A DNA stretch of 59,352 nucleotides, taken from NCBI GenBank assembly GCA_034667745.1, contig JAXDQP010000023.1, positions 1 through 59,352 on the forward strand. The letters run 5' to 3'. The DNA comes from Thermoplasmata archaeon. GTDB lineage: Archaea; Thermoplasmatota; E2; JACPAO01; JAHFTW01. Positions 8,816-18,083 of this stretch are shown here, one piece after another (position 1 is the first letter of the stretch; every line of letters begins with the position of its first letter). A program made the translations under genes and the position numbers. The notes below the pieces were generated by a model. That model searched no databases, was not told the origin of the DNA, and worked only from the letters and a program-made list of their open reading frames with translations.

Positions 8816-9961
8816 ATGCGCACCCTCGCGGTCCTCGCCGTCCTGCTCCTGGCCGGCCTGGCCGGCTGCCTCCAGTCCCCCACCCCCACGACGCCCCCGA
8901 CGGGCCTCCCCGACCCCGCCGCGTTCGTGGTCCCCGCCGTGCCCAAGCTCGACGTCCCGGCCCTCCTGGCCGACCTCAAGGCGTTCGCCGCCGCCCACCC
9001 GCAGCGCCGCGACAACCTGCCCACCCACGAGTCGGCCCGCGCCGCCATCGCCAAGTCGTTCGCGGACGACGGCCTGCAGGTCTGGCGCCAGAACTTCACC
9101 ATGGGCGGCCTGGCGCAGGCCAACATCGTCGGCCTCCACTGGGGCACCGTGCGCGACCAGTGGGTCGTGGTGGGCGGCCACTACGACACCACGCACGACG
9201 ACTGCTTCGTCGGCAGCACCCCCTCCTTCGGCCCCGTCCCGGCCGTGCCCAACCCGACCGAGTGCGCCACCGACGCGCAGAGCCAGGGCGCCTACGACGA
9301 CGGCTCCGGGACGATGCTCACGATGCACCTCGCGAAGGCGTGGCGCAACGTGCCGACCTACTACACCGTCGCCTTCGTGGCGTACGACGGCGAGGAGCGC
9401 GGCACCCAGGGCGCGCAGGCCTTCGCCGAGGAGATGCTCACCGGCAACACGACGTTCGGCGACGTCCGCTTCCACGCGGCGCTCGACCTCGACATGTTCG
9501 GCATCACCTGGCCCGGCACCAACGCGCCGACGCAGATTCTCGACAACTCGCTGGCGCTGAACAAGGTGTTCCACGCGGCCCGCAAGGAAATCGGGATGCC
9601 CGACAGCATGGTCTACTGCGAGGACGCGGTGACCCTCGGCTCGAGCGACTTCAAGGTCTTCTTCGACCTCAAGGTGCCGACGGCGTTCTTCTCCAGCGAC
9701 TTCGGCCGCTGGGCCCCGCCCAATAGCCCCGCCCCGGCCCCGATGGGGACCTACCCCCACTGGCACCTCATCGACACCTACGCGACGATGGAGGCGATGG
9801 CCGGCGGCGCGACGCAGCTCCAGCAGGGTTTCACGACGGCGACCCACCTCGCGGCGGCCGAGCTGCACGCGATGGCGGACCAGCCCGGGCTCGCGCTCGA
9901 CGTGCACGACCCGCCCAGCGACGACACGGCCGGCCTCGCGGACCGCGCCTCCTGCACCTAG
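8816..9961 (+). CDS. M28-family aminopeptidase, lipoprotein (tandem paralog)
   Basis: Lipobox LAGC; GGHYD, GAYDDGSG, YDGEERG, LDLDM, SSD, HWH. Confidence 0.9.
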   Translation: MRTLAVLAVLLLAGLAGCLQSPTPTTPPTGLPDPAAFVVPAVPKLDVPALLADLKAFAAAHPQRRDNLPTHESARAAIAKSFADDGLQVWRQNFTMGGLAQANIVGLHWGTVRDQWVVVGGHYDTTHDDCFVGSTPSFGPVPAVPNPTECATDAQSQGAYDDGSGTMLTMHLAKAWRNVPTYYTVAFVAYDGEERGTQGAQAFAEEMLTGNTTFGDVRFHAALDLDMFGITWPGTNAPTQILDNSLALNKVFHAARKEIGMPDSMVYCEDAVTLGSSDFKVFFDLKVPTAFFSSDFGRWAPPNSPAPAPMGTYPHWHLIDTYATMEAMAGGATQLQQGFTTATHLAAAELHAMADQPGLALDVHDPPSDDTAGLADRASCT

Positions 9962-9975
9962 CCTGAGCCTGCGCG

Positions 9976-10158
9976 CTACTTCTCCATCCCGCGCAGCGTC
10001 TCGACGATGTCCGCGAGATAGGTCAGCGCCTGCTCGGCGTGCTGGATCTTCTCCTTGACCTCGACGGCCTCCTCGGCCCACAGCAGCAGCACGCGGATGT
10101 CGCTGAGGTTCTTGTTGATGGTCAGCTTCAGCGAGTCCTCGTACAGCTTGTTACTCAT
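9976..10158 (-). CDS. Small helical hypothetical protein (60 aa)
   Basis: Strong SD GGAGGTG upstream, genome-typical codon usage, amphipathic helices. Confidence 0.7.
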   Translation of the reverse strand: MSNKLYEDSLKLTINKNLSDIRVLLLWAEEAVEVKEKIQHAEQALTYLADIVETLRGMEK

Positions 10159-10230
10159 GCGCGCACCTCCCGTGCGCGCATGGGCCCGCCGCCGTTCCCG
10201 CCGCAACCGACGCCATTGAAGTGTGGTCCA

Positions 10231-10962
10231 TCACGTGCAAACCCCCCCTGGCCGCCGCGCCGCCGCCCAGTCCGCCCGGTCCGCCGCGCCGAAGTGGTCG
10301 TAGGTGGCGTTGCCCGCCCACGCCAGGGTGCGCGCGTCGTCCCAGGCGGCGTTGAGCACCGCCGCCGGGTCCCTGTCATGCCCAGCAGGCCCTTCGCGCT
10401 CTTGAATGTCGGGGTCCTGGACCGGGACGCCCTGGTTGACCAGCCCCAGCGCGTGGCCGACCTGGTGCAGCAGCACCGCCAGCGCCACCGGCCCCACCGG
10501 CCGCCCAGCCTGCTGCGCGCCCGCCATCACGCTGTCGAGCGCCACCACGACGGTGCCGGGCCGTGCCACGAAGCCGGTCGCCGGCTCGGCCATCGAGCCG
10601 ACCCAGAGGACCCGCAGCGTCACGGTGCGCTGGCCGAGGTAGGGCCCCGCCTCCGCCGCCAGCCGCGCGCGGTCCCAGCCGCCCGCCGGCACCGCCGGCC
10701 CTTCGCGCTGCGCGACCGAGAAGGCGGACAGGCCGCGGCCGCTGAGGTCGGCGAGGACCTCCACGAGCCGCGCCAGGACCGGCGTGGCGTTGAGGCGCAC
10801 GTCCGGCCCCAGCCATGACTCCACCACGACGGCGTCCGCCTGCACGGGGTCCAGGATGGCACAGGTGAACCCAAGCGTCGTGCTGGGCCCCTCGCGCAGG
10901 AGCTGGAAGCAGCCGGCCGTCAGCAGCGGCAGCAGGACGACCACGACCGTCCAGGGGCGCAC
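10231..10962 (-). CDS. Zincin-like lipoprotein with HQxxH in place of HExxH
   Basis: Lipobox LTAGC; LLHQVGHALGLVN. Confidence 0.65.
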   Translation of the reverse strand: MRPWTVVVVLLPLLTAGCFQLLREGPSTTLGFTCAILDPVQADAVVVESWLGPDVRLNATPVLARLVEVLADLSGRGLSAFSVAQREGPAVPAGGWDRARLAAEAGPYLGQRTVTLRVLWVGSMAEPATGFVARPGTVVVALDSVMAGAQQAGRPVGPVALAVLLHQVGHALGLVNQGVPVQDPDIQEREGPAGHDRDPAAVLNAAWDDARTLAWAGNATYDHFGAADRADWAAARRPGGVCT

Positions 10963-11013
10963 GCCGGACGATGCCGGCGGGAGGCCTTGGGGTTTGCGAA
11001 CGGCTGCGCCCGC

Positions 11014-12189
11014 CTAAGGCCCGGGCGTGAAGCGGCCGACGATGCCCTGCGCGTTGTGGATGGAGGGGTCCGCCTGGGCGTAGGCGGGGGCGAGCGCGCC
11101 GTCCGCCGCCGCGTTGCCCGTGCGCACGTTGGAGTAGGGCAGGGGGTCGCCGGTCTCCGGCGTGTAGGTGCCGCTCAGGACGGCCGGCGCGGTCGCGGAG
11201 AGGTGCTTGGCGATGATGCGCAGTGTCAGCTCCTTGCCGGCCGACTGGTGGTCCGGCAGGCCGAGGCCTTGGACGCCAGTCGGGTAGAGCGCCGGGTTCG
11301 CGGGGTCCGGGGTGTGGATGGTGCCGCGGAACGGGACCGTGTACATCGTGACCGGCACGCCCTGCGAGGTGAGGACGGCCTGGAGCTGGACGCCGTGGTC
11401 GGGCGGCACGATGCTGTCGCCCGCCTCGTAGAGGAGGTAGGCGCGCGTGAGGCCGGCGCCGCTCCACGCCACCGGGTTGAGCGCGGGCGACGACGGGACC
11501 AGGTCCGCCTCGTGGCCCGCGTAGGCAGCCGCGACCGCCTGGAGGAGCGTGATGCCGCCGAGGCAGCCGTTCGTGGAGGTCGTCGAGGTGGGCTCCTTGC
11601 ACGGGTCCGGCGCGAGCGGCGCGGTGGCCTCGCTCCAGCCGTAGGTCGCGCCCCACACGGCGCCGCCGGGCACGAGCGTGGCCAGAAGCTCCGGGATGTT
11701 GGTGGGGCCGACATCGTCCACGAGGTAATCGGCGAGGCCAGGGTTCTGCATGACGGCGAGGGCCGAGATATGGCCGCCCATCGAGGTGCCCCACAGGACG
11801 ACGCGGGTCAGGTTCGGGCACTGCGCCCGCAGGTCCGCGACGGCGGCGGCCGTGTCCTCGGCGCCCGCGAACACCTTGTAGACGTTGCTGGCGCCACGGA
11901 AGTCCAGCGCGACCGCGACGGCGCCCGCCTTCGACAGCGTCGTCAGCGTGCCGCCCATCGTGGAGGCCTTGCCGCCGTAGCCGTGCGCGACCAGGACCAG
12001 CGTGTCGCCCGCGACGGCCGGCCAGGCGTAGAAGCCGTCCGCCACCTGGGAGCCGACGGCCACGCCATAGGGGGTCGCCGTGTTGGCGCCGGCCCCGGAG
12101 CAGGTCACCGTGGTGGCGGGCGTGGCGGCGGAGGGGACCGGGGCGAGGGCCACGGAGGCAAGCAGCACGGCGACGGCGGCAACGCGCAT
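11014..12189 (-). CDS. Secreted alpha/beta hydrolase (esterase/peptidase S9-like)
   Basis: Signal peptide; AHGYGG, LDFRG, nucleophile elbow GTSMGG, DSIVPP. Confidence 0.85.
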   Translation of the reverse strand: MRVAAVAVLLASVALAPVPSAATPATTVTCSGAGANTATPYGVAVGSQVADGFYAWPAVAGDTLVLVAHGYGGKASTMGGTLTTLSKAGAVAVALDFRGASNVYKVFAGAEDTAAAVADLRAQCPNLTRVVLWGTSMGGHISALAVMQNPGLADYLVDDVGPTNIPELLATLVPGGAVWGATYGWSEATAPLAPDPCKEPTSTTSTNGCLGGITLLQAVAAAYAGHEADLVPSSPALNPVAWSGAGLTRAYLLYEAGDSIVPPDHGVQLQAVLTSQGVPVTMYTVPFRGTIHTPDPANPALYPTGVQGLGLPDHQSAGKELTLRIIAKHLSATAPAVLSGTYTPETGDPLPYSNVRTGNAAADGALAPAYAQADPSIHNAQGIVGRFTPGP

Positions 12190-12253
12190 CGGCCGCGCAG
12201 CCCGGCGTCCCGACATGAACGTTGCGCGGGGGTTCCCGAAGCCGAACCGAACA

Positions 12254-12326
12254 CGCGCCCGGTGAGATTCGAACTCACGACCTCCGGCTTAGGAGGCCGG
12301 TGCCTTATCCACTAGACTACGGGCGC
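12254..12326 (-). tRNA. tRNA-Arg(CCT)
   Basis: Reverse complement GCGCCCGTAGTCTAGTGGATAAGGCACCGGCCTCCTAAGCCGGAGGTCGTGAGTTCGAATCTCACCGGGCGCG folds as a cloverleaf; anticodon CCT; no encoded CCA. Confidence 0.97.
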
Positions 12327-12482
12327 AGCGCTTCGGCGAGGGGGCGCCTCCTTTCAAGCCTTGCACAGCGGCCCTGCCATCCTCCACCCCCGGACGTTCT
12401 TTCCCTTCGATTCCGCCCGTTCATACTTAAGGTCATTAGGAGGGCTTAACCGATGCCTCAAGAGAGTCAAGGGTGGTTCCGG

Positions 12483-12932
12483 ATGAAAGCCAAGCAAGCC
12501 TTCGAGTCCGACGAGGCCGTGAGCCCCGTCGTCGCGGTCGTCCTGATGGTGGCCATCATGGTGGTGCTGGCCGGCATCGTCCTCATCCTGGTGAACGGCT
12601 TCAACAAGACCGACGCCACGCCGCCCTCGAACGTCTCCGCCAGCCAGGACAAGGGCGCGCAGACGCTGAGCATCGTGAGCGCAGATTTGCGCGCCGACTG
12701 GAGGAACATTCTCGTCTCCTTCGGCTCGCCCGCCAGCACCTGCACGTTCAGCCTCAATGGCGGGCCGCCAAGCGCGGCCGTCACGGTCCCCACCGCGGTC
12801 ATCCCGAGCGGCCAGCCGCTCAAGGCGGGCGATGTCCTCAAGGTGGCCGGCTGCGCCCCCGGCATCAGCGTCCTGACCCTGACGGACTCCTCGTCCAACC
12901 TGCTGCTCGGCACCTGGTCGTTCACGTTCTGA
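12483..12932 (+). CDS. Archaeal type IV pilin (class III signal peptide, DUF1628/Pilin_N-like)
   Basis: DEAVSPVVAVVLMVAIMVVLAGIV; start could be 12453. Confidence 0.9.
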   Translation: MKAKQAFESDEAVSPVVAVVLMVAIMVVLAGIVLILVNGFNKTDATPPSNVSASQDKGAQTLSIVSADLRADWRNILVSFGSPASTCTFSLNGGPPSAAVTVPTAVIPSGQPLKAGDVLKVAGCAPGISVLTLTDSSSNLLLGTWSFTF

Positions 12933-13014
12933 CTAGCCAAGGCCGGCACGTTCTGAGCTAGGAAGGCCGGCCGACGGACCACGGACGCTATGGCTGGCGC
13001 GGCGTGGCCTTGCC

Positions 13015-14676
13015 GTGCACGCGCTGCTGGCCGCCGCCGTTGCGCTCCAGCCGTTCCTCGCCGGCGTCGCCCCCGAGCTGCCCGGCGCGGGTCCCGGCGA
13101 CGAGGCCTTCGCGGTCGGCTCCAGCGTCGCGGTGGAGCTCACGGGACTCAAGGTGACGGACGGCGAAGGCACCTGGGCATTCCCGACCGGGACCCACTTG
13201 CCCGCGAACGGGACGCTCTGGGTCGTTGGGGACCTCGCGCTGTGGCGGCGGCTTGGCGGCGCGGAGCCAGCCATCGCCCTCGCCAGCGGCACGGCGGCGG
13301 GGGCCTTCGCGCTGGGCAACGGCGGCGACTCGCTGCGCCTGGTGGACGCGGCCGGGACGACGCTCGACTCGTTCTCCTGGGACGCAGGACCGCCGGGCCT
13401 CCTCCGCCTGCGCGACCCAGAGGGCGGATGGGTGACGCCGCGCCTGCACCGCGTCGGGGAGTCAACGCTCGACCGGCCGACGTTCCTCGCGGAGCGGGTC
13501 ACTCTCTACGCCTCGCCGGACAACAGCTTCGGGGTCTTGACCGCCCTCGTCGCGAACGCCACGCAGCGGCTGCACCTCCACGTGTACGACCTGCGTTCTG
13601 CGGCCCTGGTGGACGCGCTCGTCGTCGCGCGGCAGGCCCGTCCAGGCCTCGACCTGCAAGTCTTCGTGGACGGCAACCCCGTGGGGCAGACGGCGCCGGA
13701 ACGCCACGCCACGGCCGACGCGCTGCGCCGCATCCAGGCCGCGGGCGGGACCGCGACGCTTGGCGGGCCAGGGCGCTACGACGACTTCCACCTCAAGGTC
13801 CTGCTCGCGGACGACGCGGTCGCCGTGCAGTCGGAGAACTGGGTGGAGGCCGGCGTGCCGCAGGAGCCGTCGTGGGGCAACCGGGGATGGGGCGCCGTCG
13901 TCACGAGCCCGGCGATGGCGGCGTGGTTCTCGGAGTGGATGGCCGCAGACCGTCGCTCCTGGGACGCGCAGCCGTTCAACCTGTCCGCCTACGACCCGCT
14001 GTTCGTCCCGCCGCCCCGCCTCGCGCCGCGCACCGGCTCGTATGGCCCAGTCGTCGCGCCGCTCGTGCTGCAAAACGTCTCCGTGACGCCGTGGGTGGCG
14101 CCGGACCACACGCAGGACCCGCGCTCCGACCCCATCGCCCGGCTTGTCGCCACCGCGCGGCGCCGCGTCGACGCGGAGCAGTTGGTCCTCGCGACGGCGG
14201 CCTCGAACTCGCTGGGCTGGCGCTCGCCCGACCCGCTGTTCACGGCGCTCTCTGAGGCAGCCGGGCGGGGTGTCGCGGTCCGCGTCTTGGCGGCGGCTCC
14301 GTTCTCCGCCACGGACGCTGGCAACACGGCGGCCCTGGAGGCATTGGCGGCGCGCGGCGTGCAGGCGGCCGCGTTCCAGCGGCCCGGCGTCCAGGCGCTG
14401 CACAACAAGGGCCTCGTCGTGGACGACGCCGTCGTCCTGGGCAGCCTGAACGGCGGCCACCACAGCCGCAGCGCCAACCGCGAGGTGGACCTCCTGCTGC
14501 GCGGCCCCAGCGTCGCCGCCTACTTCGAGGCGCTGTTCGCCTCCGACTGGGACCCGCCCCCGCCGGCCTCCGCCCCCGGCGCCATCGGGCGCGACCTGCG
14601 AGCGCTGCCGGCCGCCCCTGTGCCAACCCTTTTTGTGGCCATGGCGGTCGTTGCCCTGTTGCGGTCCCGCCCATGA
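13015..14676 (+). CDS. Phospholipase D-family protein with N-terminal lamin-tail-like domain and C-terminal membrane anchor
   Basis: Two HKD motifs (HLKVLLADD, HNKGLVVDD), SENW, NRGWG, NRE; N-terminal VTDGEG/LGNGGD pattern. Confidence 0.85.
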   Translation: MHALLAAAVALQPFLAGVAPELPGAGPGDEAFAVGSSVAVELTGLKVTDGEGTWAFPTGTHLPANGTLWVVGDLALWRRLGGAEPAIALASGTAAGAFALGNGGDSLRLVDAAGTTLDSFSWDAGPPGLLRLRDPEGGWVTPRLHRVGESTLDRPTFLAERVTLYASPDNSFGVLTALVANATQRLHLHVYDLRSAALVDALVVARQARPGLDLQVFVDGNPVGQTAPERHATADALRRIQAAGGTATLGGPGRYDDFHLKVLLADDAVAVQSENWVEAGVPQEPSWGNRGWGAVVTSPAMAAWFSEWMAADRRSWDAQPFNLSAYDPLFVPPPRLAPRTGSYGPVVAPLVLQNVSVTPWVAPDHTQDPRSDPIARLVATARRRVDAEQLVLATAASNSLGWRSPDPLFTALSEAAGRGVAVRVLAAAPFSATDAGNTAALEALAARGVQAAAFQRPGVQALHNKGLVVDDAVVLGSLNGGHHSRSANREVDLLLRGPSVAAYFEALFASDWDPPPPASAPGAIGRDLRALPAAPVPTLFVAMAVVALLRSRP

Positions 14677-15671
14677 TGCTCTCGCTGGTCTCCTGGGTCG
14701 CGGTGGCCATCATCGCCGCCGCCTTCGCGGTGGCGTGGAGCAAGCGGTTCCTCGCCAGCGGCGTCCTGGCCATCGCCAACTGCGCCGTCTTCGCCCTCAC
14801 CTTCCTCGGCCCGGGCCGCGAAGGCGTCCTGGGCGCGCTGTCCGGCCCCACCGCCACCGCCCACATCTCGGCCATCCAGGGCGAGCTGGGCCTCTACACG
14901 CCCAACCTCGTCGCGCTGCGGCCGCTGGGCGGGCTCCAGCTCGTCACCAACCTGTTCGTGCACGCCGGCGTGCTCCACCTGCTGTTCAACATGGTCGCGC
15001 TGGTGGCGTTCGGGCTGCCGTTCGAGGAGCGCATCGGCCACCGCAAGTTCCTGCTCATCTACGTGGCCGCCGGGCTGGCGGGCTCGCTGGCCGAGACCTT
15101 CCTCAACGTCGGCGCCCCCACGCTCATGATGGGCGCGTCCGGCGCCATCTTCGGCGTCCTCGGCGCCTTCGCCGCGCGCTACCCCAACCAGGTGGTGGGC
15201 GTGCCGCTGCCGTTCATCCTCATCCTGCCGATGCGCGTCATCGTCGGGGCGCTCATCTACGTGGCCCTCCAGCTGTTCTACGTCCTGTATGCCGTCACGG
15301 CGCAGGGGGGCCCGGTCGACCACACCGCCTACGGCGCTCATTTCGGCGGCCTCGCGATGGGCATCCTGCTCGCGCTCACGGTGCTGCCCAAGCCTGGCCG
15401 GGGCGTGCAGGGGCCCGTGGCGGTGGACCTCGGCGCCTTCACGGCCTTCGCCCGCGACGCGCAGACGCAGACCGTGCTGGCGCAGATGCGCAGCAACAAC
15501 GACGAGCCGGCGGTCTTCCAGGCGTGGCTCGACCGCTTCTTCCGCACCGCGACCTGCCCCACGTGCAGCCACCGCGTCATGCCGCGCCACGGCGGCCAGA
15601 TTGTCTGCACGCAGGGCCACAAGTTCGACGTCCGCAAGGGCGCCCCGGCGGCCGCCACCGCCACGCCGTGA
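14673..15671 (+). CDS. Rhomboid intramembrane serine protease with C-terminal zinc ribbon
   Basis: HLLFNM, EERIG, GASGAIFG, AHFGG; CPTC...CTQGH tail; ATGA overlap with the PLD gene. Confidence 0.92.
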   Translation: MMLSLVSWVAVAIIAAAFAVAWSKRFLASGVLAIANCAVFALTFLGPGREGVLGALSGPTATAHISAIQGELGLYTPNLVALRPLGGLQLVTNLFVHAGVLHLLFNMVALVAFGLPFEERIGHRKFLLIYVAAGLAGSLAETFLNVGAPTLMMGASGAIFGVLGAFAARYPNQVVGVPLPFILILPMRVIVGALIYVALQLFYVLYAVTAQGGPVDHTAYGAHFGGLAMGILLALTVLPKPGRGVQGPVAVDLGAFTAFARDAQTQTVLAQMRSNNDEPAVFQAWLDRFFRTATCPTCSHRVMPRHGGQIVCTQGHKFDVRKGAPAAATATP

Positions 15672-15775
15672 CGGACCACGATGGTCAGCAGGATTTCCCG
15701 CGCATCAGCTGCATGAGGCGCCAGTTCGGCCAGAAACGCCAAGAACGGCCCAGGATTCTTTTGCGTGGGATTTCC

Positions 15776-16147
15776 ATGCCCAACCTTCTGTCAACCCTCT
15801 GTATGTCGATGGCCCTGCTTGGGGCGACCGCCGTGTTCGCCTCCCCTGCCGAGGCCGTGATGTTCTGCGCCGGGACGAACCTGGTCTGCATCTGGGTCCT
15901 GCAGCCGCCCAACGCCTGCGCGGTGGATGTGCGCTCCACGACCGGCACCTTCCTGGGGACCATCGACCTCTGCATCACCAAGGACAACCCCACCAACAAC
16001 TGCCCCGTGCGCTTCGTGTACGAGGAGGTCAAGTGGGCCTACGTCTGCGCCCGCGAGCACCCGCCGCAGTTCGGCACCGGCACCTGCACCCTCATCTACA
16101 TCTCGACGGACGCCAGCACCACCAACGTCATCGACATTTGCCAATAG
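15776..16147 (+). CDS. Small secreted Cys-rich protein (123 aa)
   Basis: Signal peptide ending AEA; 8 Cys in the mature part; GC3-biased codons. Confidence 0.7.
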   Translation: MPNLLSTLCMSMALLGATAVFASPAEAVMFCAGTNLVCIWVLQPPNACAVDVRSTTGTFLGTIDLCITKDNPTNNCPVRFVYEEVKWAYVCAREHPPQFGTGTCTLIYISTDASTTNVIDICQ

Positions 16148-16258
16148 AGCCTCACGCGTCGGGCCTTCTCCTTTCTTCCATCCCGGCGGGCGGCTCGGTC
16201 GCACGGAGACCCGGCTGGAGGGCGGCAGGCTGAAACCCGCGCCCCCGGCTGCCCGGCC

Positions 16259-16825
16259 ATGGACCAGCCGCCCCGCACCGGGCCCACCGTGGCGCCGACC
16301 ATCCACCCGAGCAGCGTCCTCGCGCCGGGCGCCGTCGTCATCGGGCAGGTGACCATCGAGGCGGAGTGCTTCATCGGTCCCAACGCGGTGCTGCGCGGCG
16401 ACATCGAGCCCATCCTGGTGCGGCGCGGCAGCAACATCCAGGACAACTGCACGGTCCACACCGAGCGCGGCAGCCCCGTGGTCATCGGGCCGGACGCCTC
16501 CATCGGCCACGGCGCGGTCGTGCACGGCGCCACCATCGGGGAGCGCGCGCTCGTCGGCATGAACGCGGTCGTGCTGAACGGCGCCGTCGTGGGCGAGCGG
16601 GCCGTGGTGGGCGCCCTCACCCTCGTGCCGAACAACTTCCAGGTGCCGCCCCGCACCCTCGCCGTGGGCAGCCCCTGCGTCCTCAAGAAGCAGGGCGACC
16701 CCGCCATCGCGGAGATGGCGCACATGAACACCGAGCGCTACCACCGCTACCGCCTGGAGCACCTCGCCGGCCGTTGGGCGACGGTGGTCGGGCCGCGCAA
16801 CGACGACGGGACGTTCGGCCGCTGA
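16259..16825 (+). CDS. Gamma carbonic anhydrase / hexapeptide-repeat family protein
   Basis: VLRGD, NIQDNCTVH, IGHGAVVHG, LVGMNAVVL. Confidence 0.92.
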   Translation: MDQPPRTGPTVAPTIHPSSVLAPGAVVIGQVTIEAECFIGPNAVLRGDIEPILVRRGSNIQDNCTVHTERGSPVVIGPDASIGHGAVVHGATIGERALVGMNAVVLNGAVVGERAVVGALTLVPNNFQVPPRTLAVGSPCVLKKQGDPAIAEMAHMNTERYHRYRLEHLAGRWATVVGPRNDDGTFGR

Positions 16826-17358
16826 TGCCCGCCATCGCGCCCTTCCGCGCCACCGGCGTCGACCCGCAGGACCCCGCCCGGCGGGAGGCGCGGCCCGCGT
16901 TCTACCTCGTCGAGGCGACGGGCCCGCGCGGCACGCGGCGCGGCCTGCTGGCCCTGCTCGCCACCGAGGGCGCCCCCGCCATGCCCGCAAATGGGACGGG
17001 GCCGGCGGTGCTGCGCTACGAGGACCCGCGCGGCTGGGTGGAGGAGCTCCTGTCCTCCAACGCGTTCGAGGAGGTCGCGCGCCTCCAGGACGCCGAGGGC
17101 GAGCAGCGCGTCTGGCGCGTGGACCGGGCGGAGGCCGTCGGCGAACTGGTCGCGCAGTTCGATGACCGCGCCTTGGCCCTGCTGCGCGCGCCCGGCCCGC
17201 ATGCTCCGGGAGCCGTGCTCGCGTTCCTGGTGCGGGGCGACGGCTGGCTGCCGCGCGCTCCCGGCGGGCCCACCTTTGCCGTGGCGGCCGGCGAGCCCGT
17301 GCCCAAGCCGTGGAGCGGCGAGGCCGGCCCCGCGCAGTGGCGCCCGCCGCCGCTCTAG
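16825..17358 (+). CDS. Hypothetical protein, shortened DUF1015-like
   Basis: TGATG overlap with the previous gene; MPAIAPFRA, PAFYLVE, RRGLLALL, GPAVLRYED resemble DUF1015 blocks. Confidence 0.5.
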   Translation: MPAIAPFRATGVDPQDPARREARPAFYLVEATGPRGTRRGLLALLATEGAPAMPANGTGPAVLRYEDPRGWVEELLSSNAFEEVARLQDAEGEQRVWRVDRAEAVGELVAQFDDRALALLRAPGPHAPGAVLAFLVRGDGWLPRAPGGPTFAVAAGEPVPKPWSGEAGPAQWRPPPL

Positions 17359-17361
17359 GCT

Positions 17362-18081
17362 CTAGCGGCTGTAGGTCCCGGACTCGAAGTCGTAGCCGAG
17401 GAAGTCGGCCAGCGACAGCCGCGCGCCGTCGCAGTAGAACGCGTCGATGCGGCTCAGGCGCTCGTGGCCGTGCGCGTCCTTGGCGCCGGGGTCTGAGGTG
17501 AGCGCGAGGTCGATGCCGTCGGCGCCCGTGGTGAGGAAGGTGGAGTCGAAGACGAGCGTCCCCGGCAGCGCCTTGGCGTCGCGGCTGTCGAAGGCGAGGT
17601 CGATGGCGCGCTCGCCGCCCTGGTAGCCCGGCGGCATGGGGCTCGGGAAGTTGACGTAGGTCGCCGGCTCGCTCAGGATGATGGGCGCCTGCGACAGCGG
17701 CGGGACCGCGAGGGTGCCGGTGCGGGTGCGCGCCTCGAGGTTGACCGCGATGGCGGACCAGCCGCCCGGCAAGGGGTCCACGAGCGGGACCGGCAGGCGC
17801 GTTGGGACCAGGTCCTGCGCGGCGGGCACCGGGTTGACGCCCCACGCCCACGCGGCGCGCTCCAGGCGGTCGCGGCCCTTGACGAAGCCCTGCGGCGCGA
17901 GGAACCGGGTCTCCACGGTGCAGTTCAGCAGCTTGGGCGCGGGCGCGGTCGCCTCCGGCGCGGAGGCTTGCCGCATTGGGGCGGGCTTGGCTGTCTCGGA
18001 CAGGCAGCCCGGCAGCAGCAGAGCAACTGTCACGAGCGCCGGGAGCAGGCGCAGCGGGGCGGCGGCAGGGCGCGCGGGCAT
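17362..18081 (-). CDS. Hypothetical lipoprotein
   Basis: Lipobox LLPGC; starts 2 nt after the last array gene. Confidence 0.7.
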   Translation of the reverse strand: MPARPAAAPLRLLPALVTVALLLPGCLSETAKPAPMRQASAPEATAPAPKLLNCTVETRFLAPQGFVKGRDRLERAAWAWGVNPVPAAQDLVPTRLPVPLVDPLPGGWSAIAVNLEARTRTGTLAVPPLSQAPIILSEPATYVNFPSPMPPGYQGGERAIDLAFDSRDAKALPGTLVFDSTFLTTGADGIDLALTSDPGAKDAHGHERLSRIDAFYCDGARLSLADFLGYDFESGTYSR

Positions 18082-18083
18082 GG

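Noticed and set aside
12254-12326. tRNA-Arg as the attachment site of an integrated element
   Set aside because: No duplicated tRNA 3' end and no integrase seen in the window
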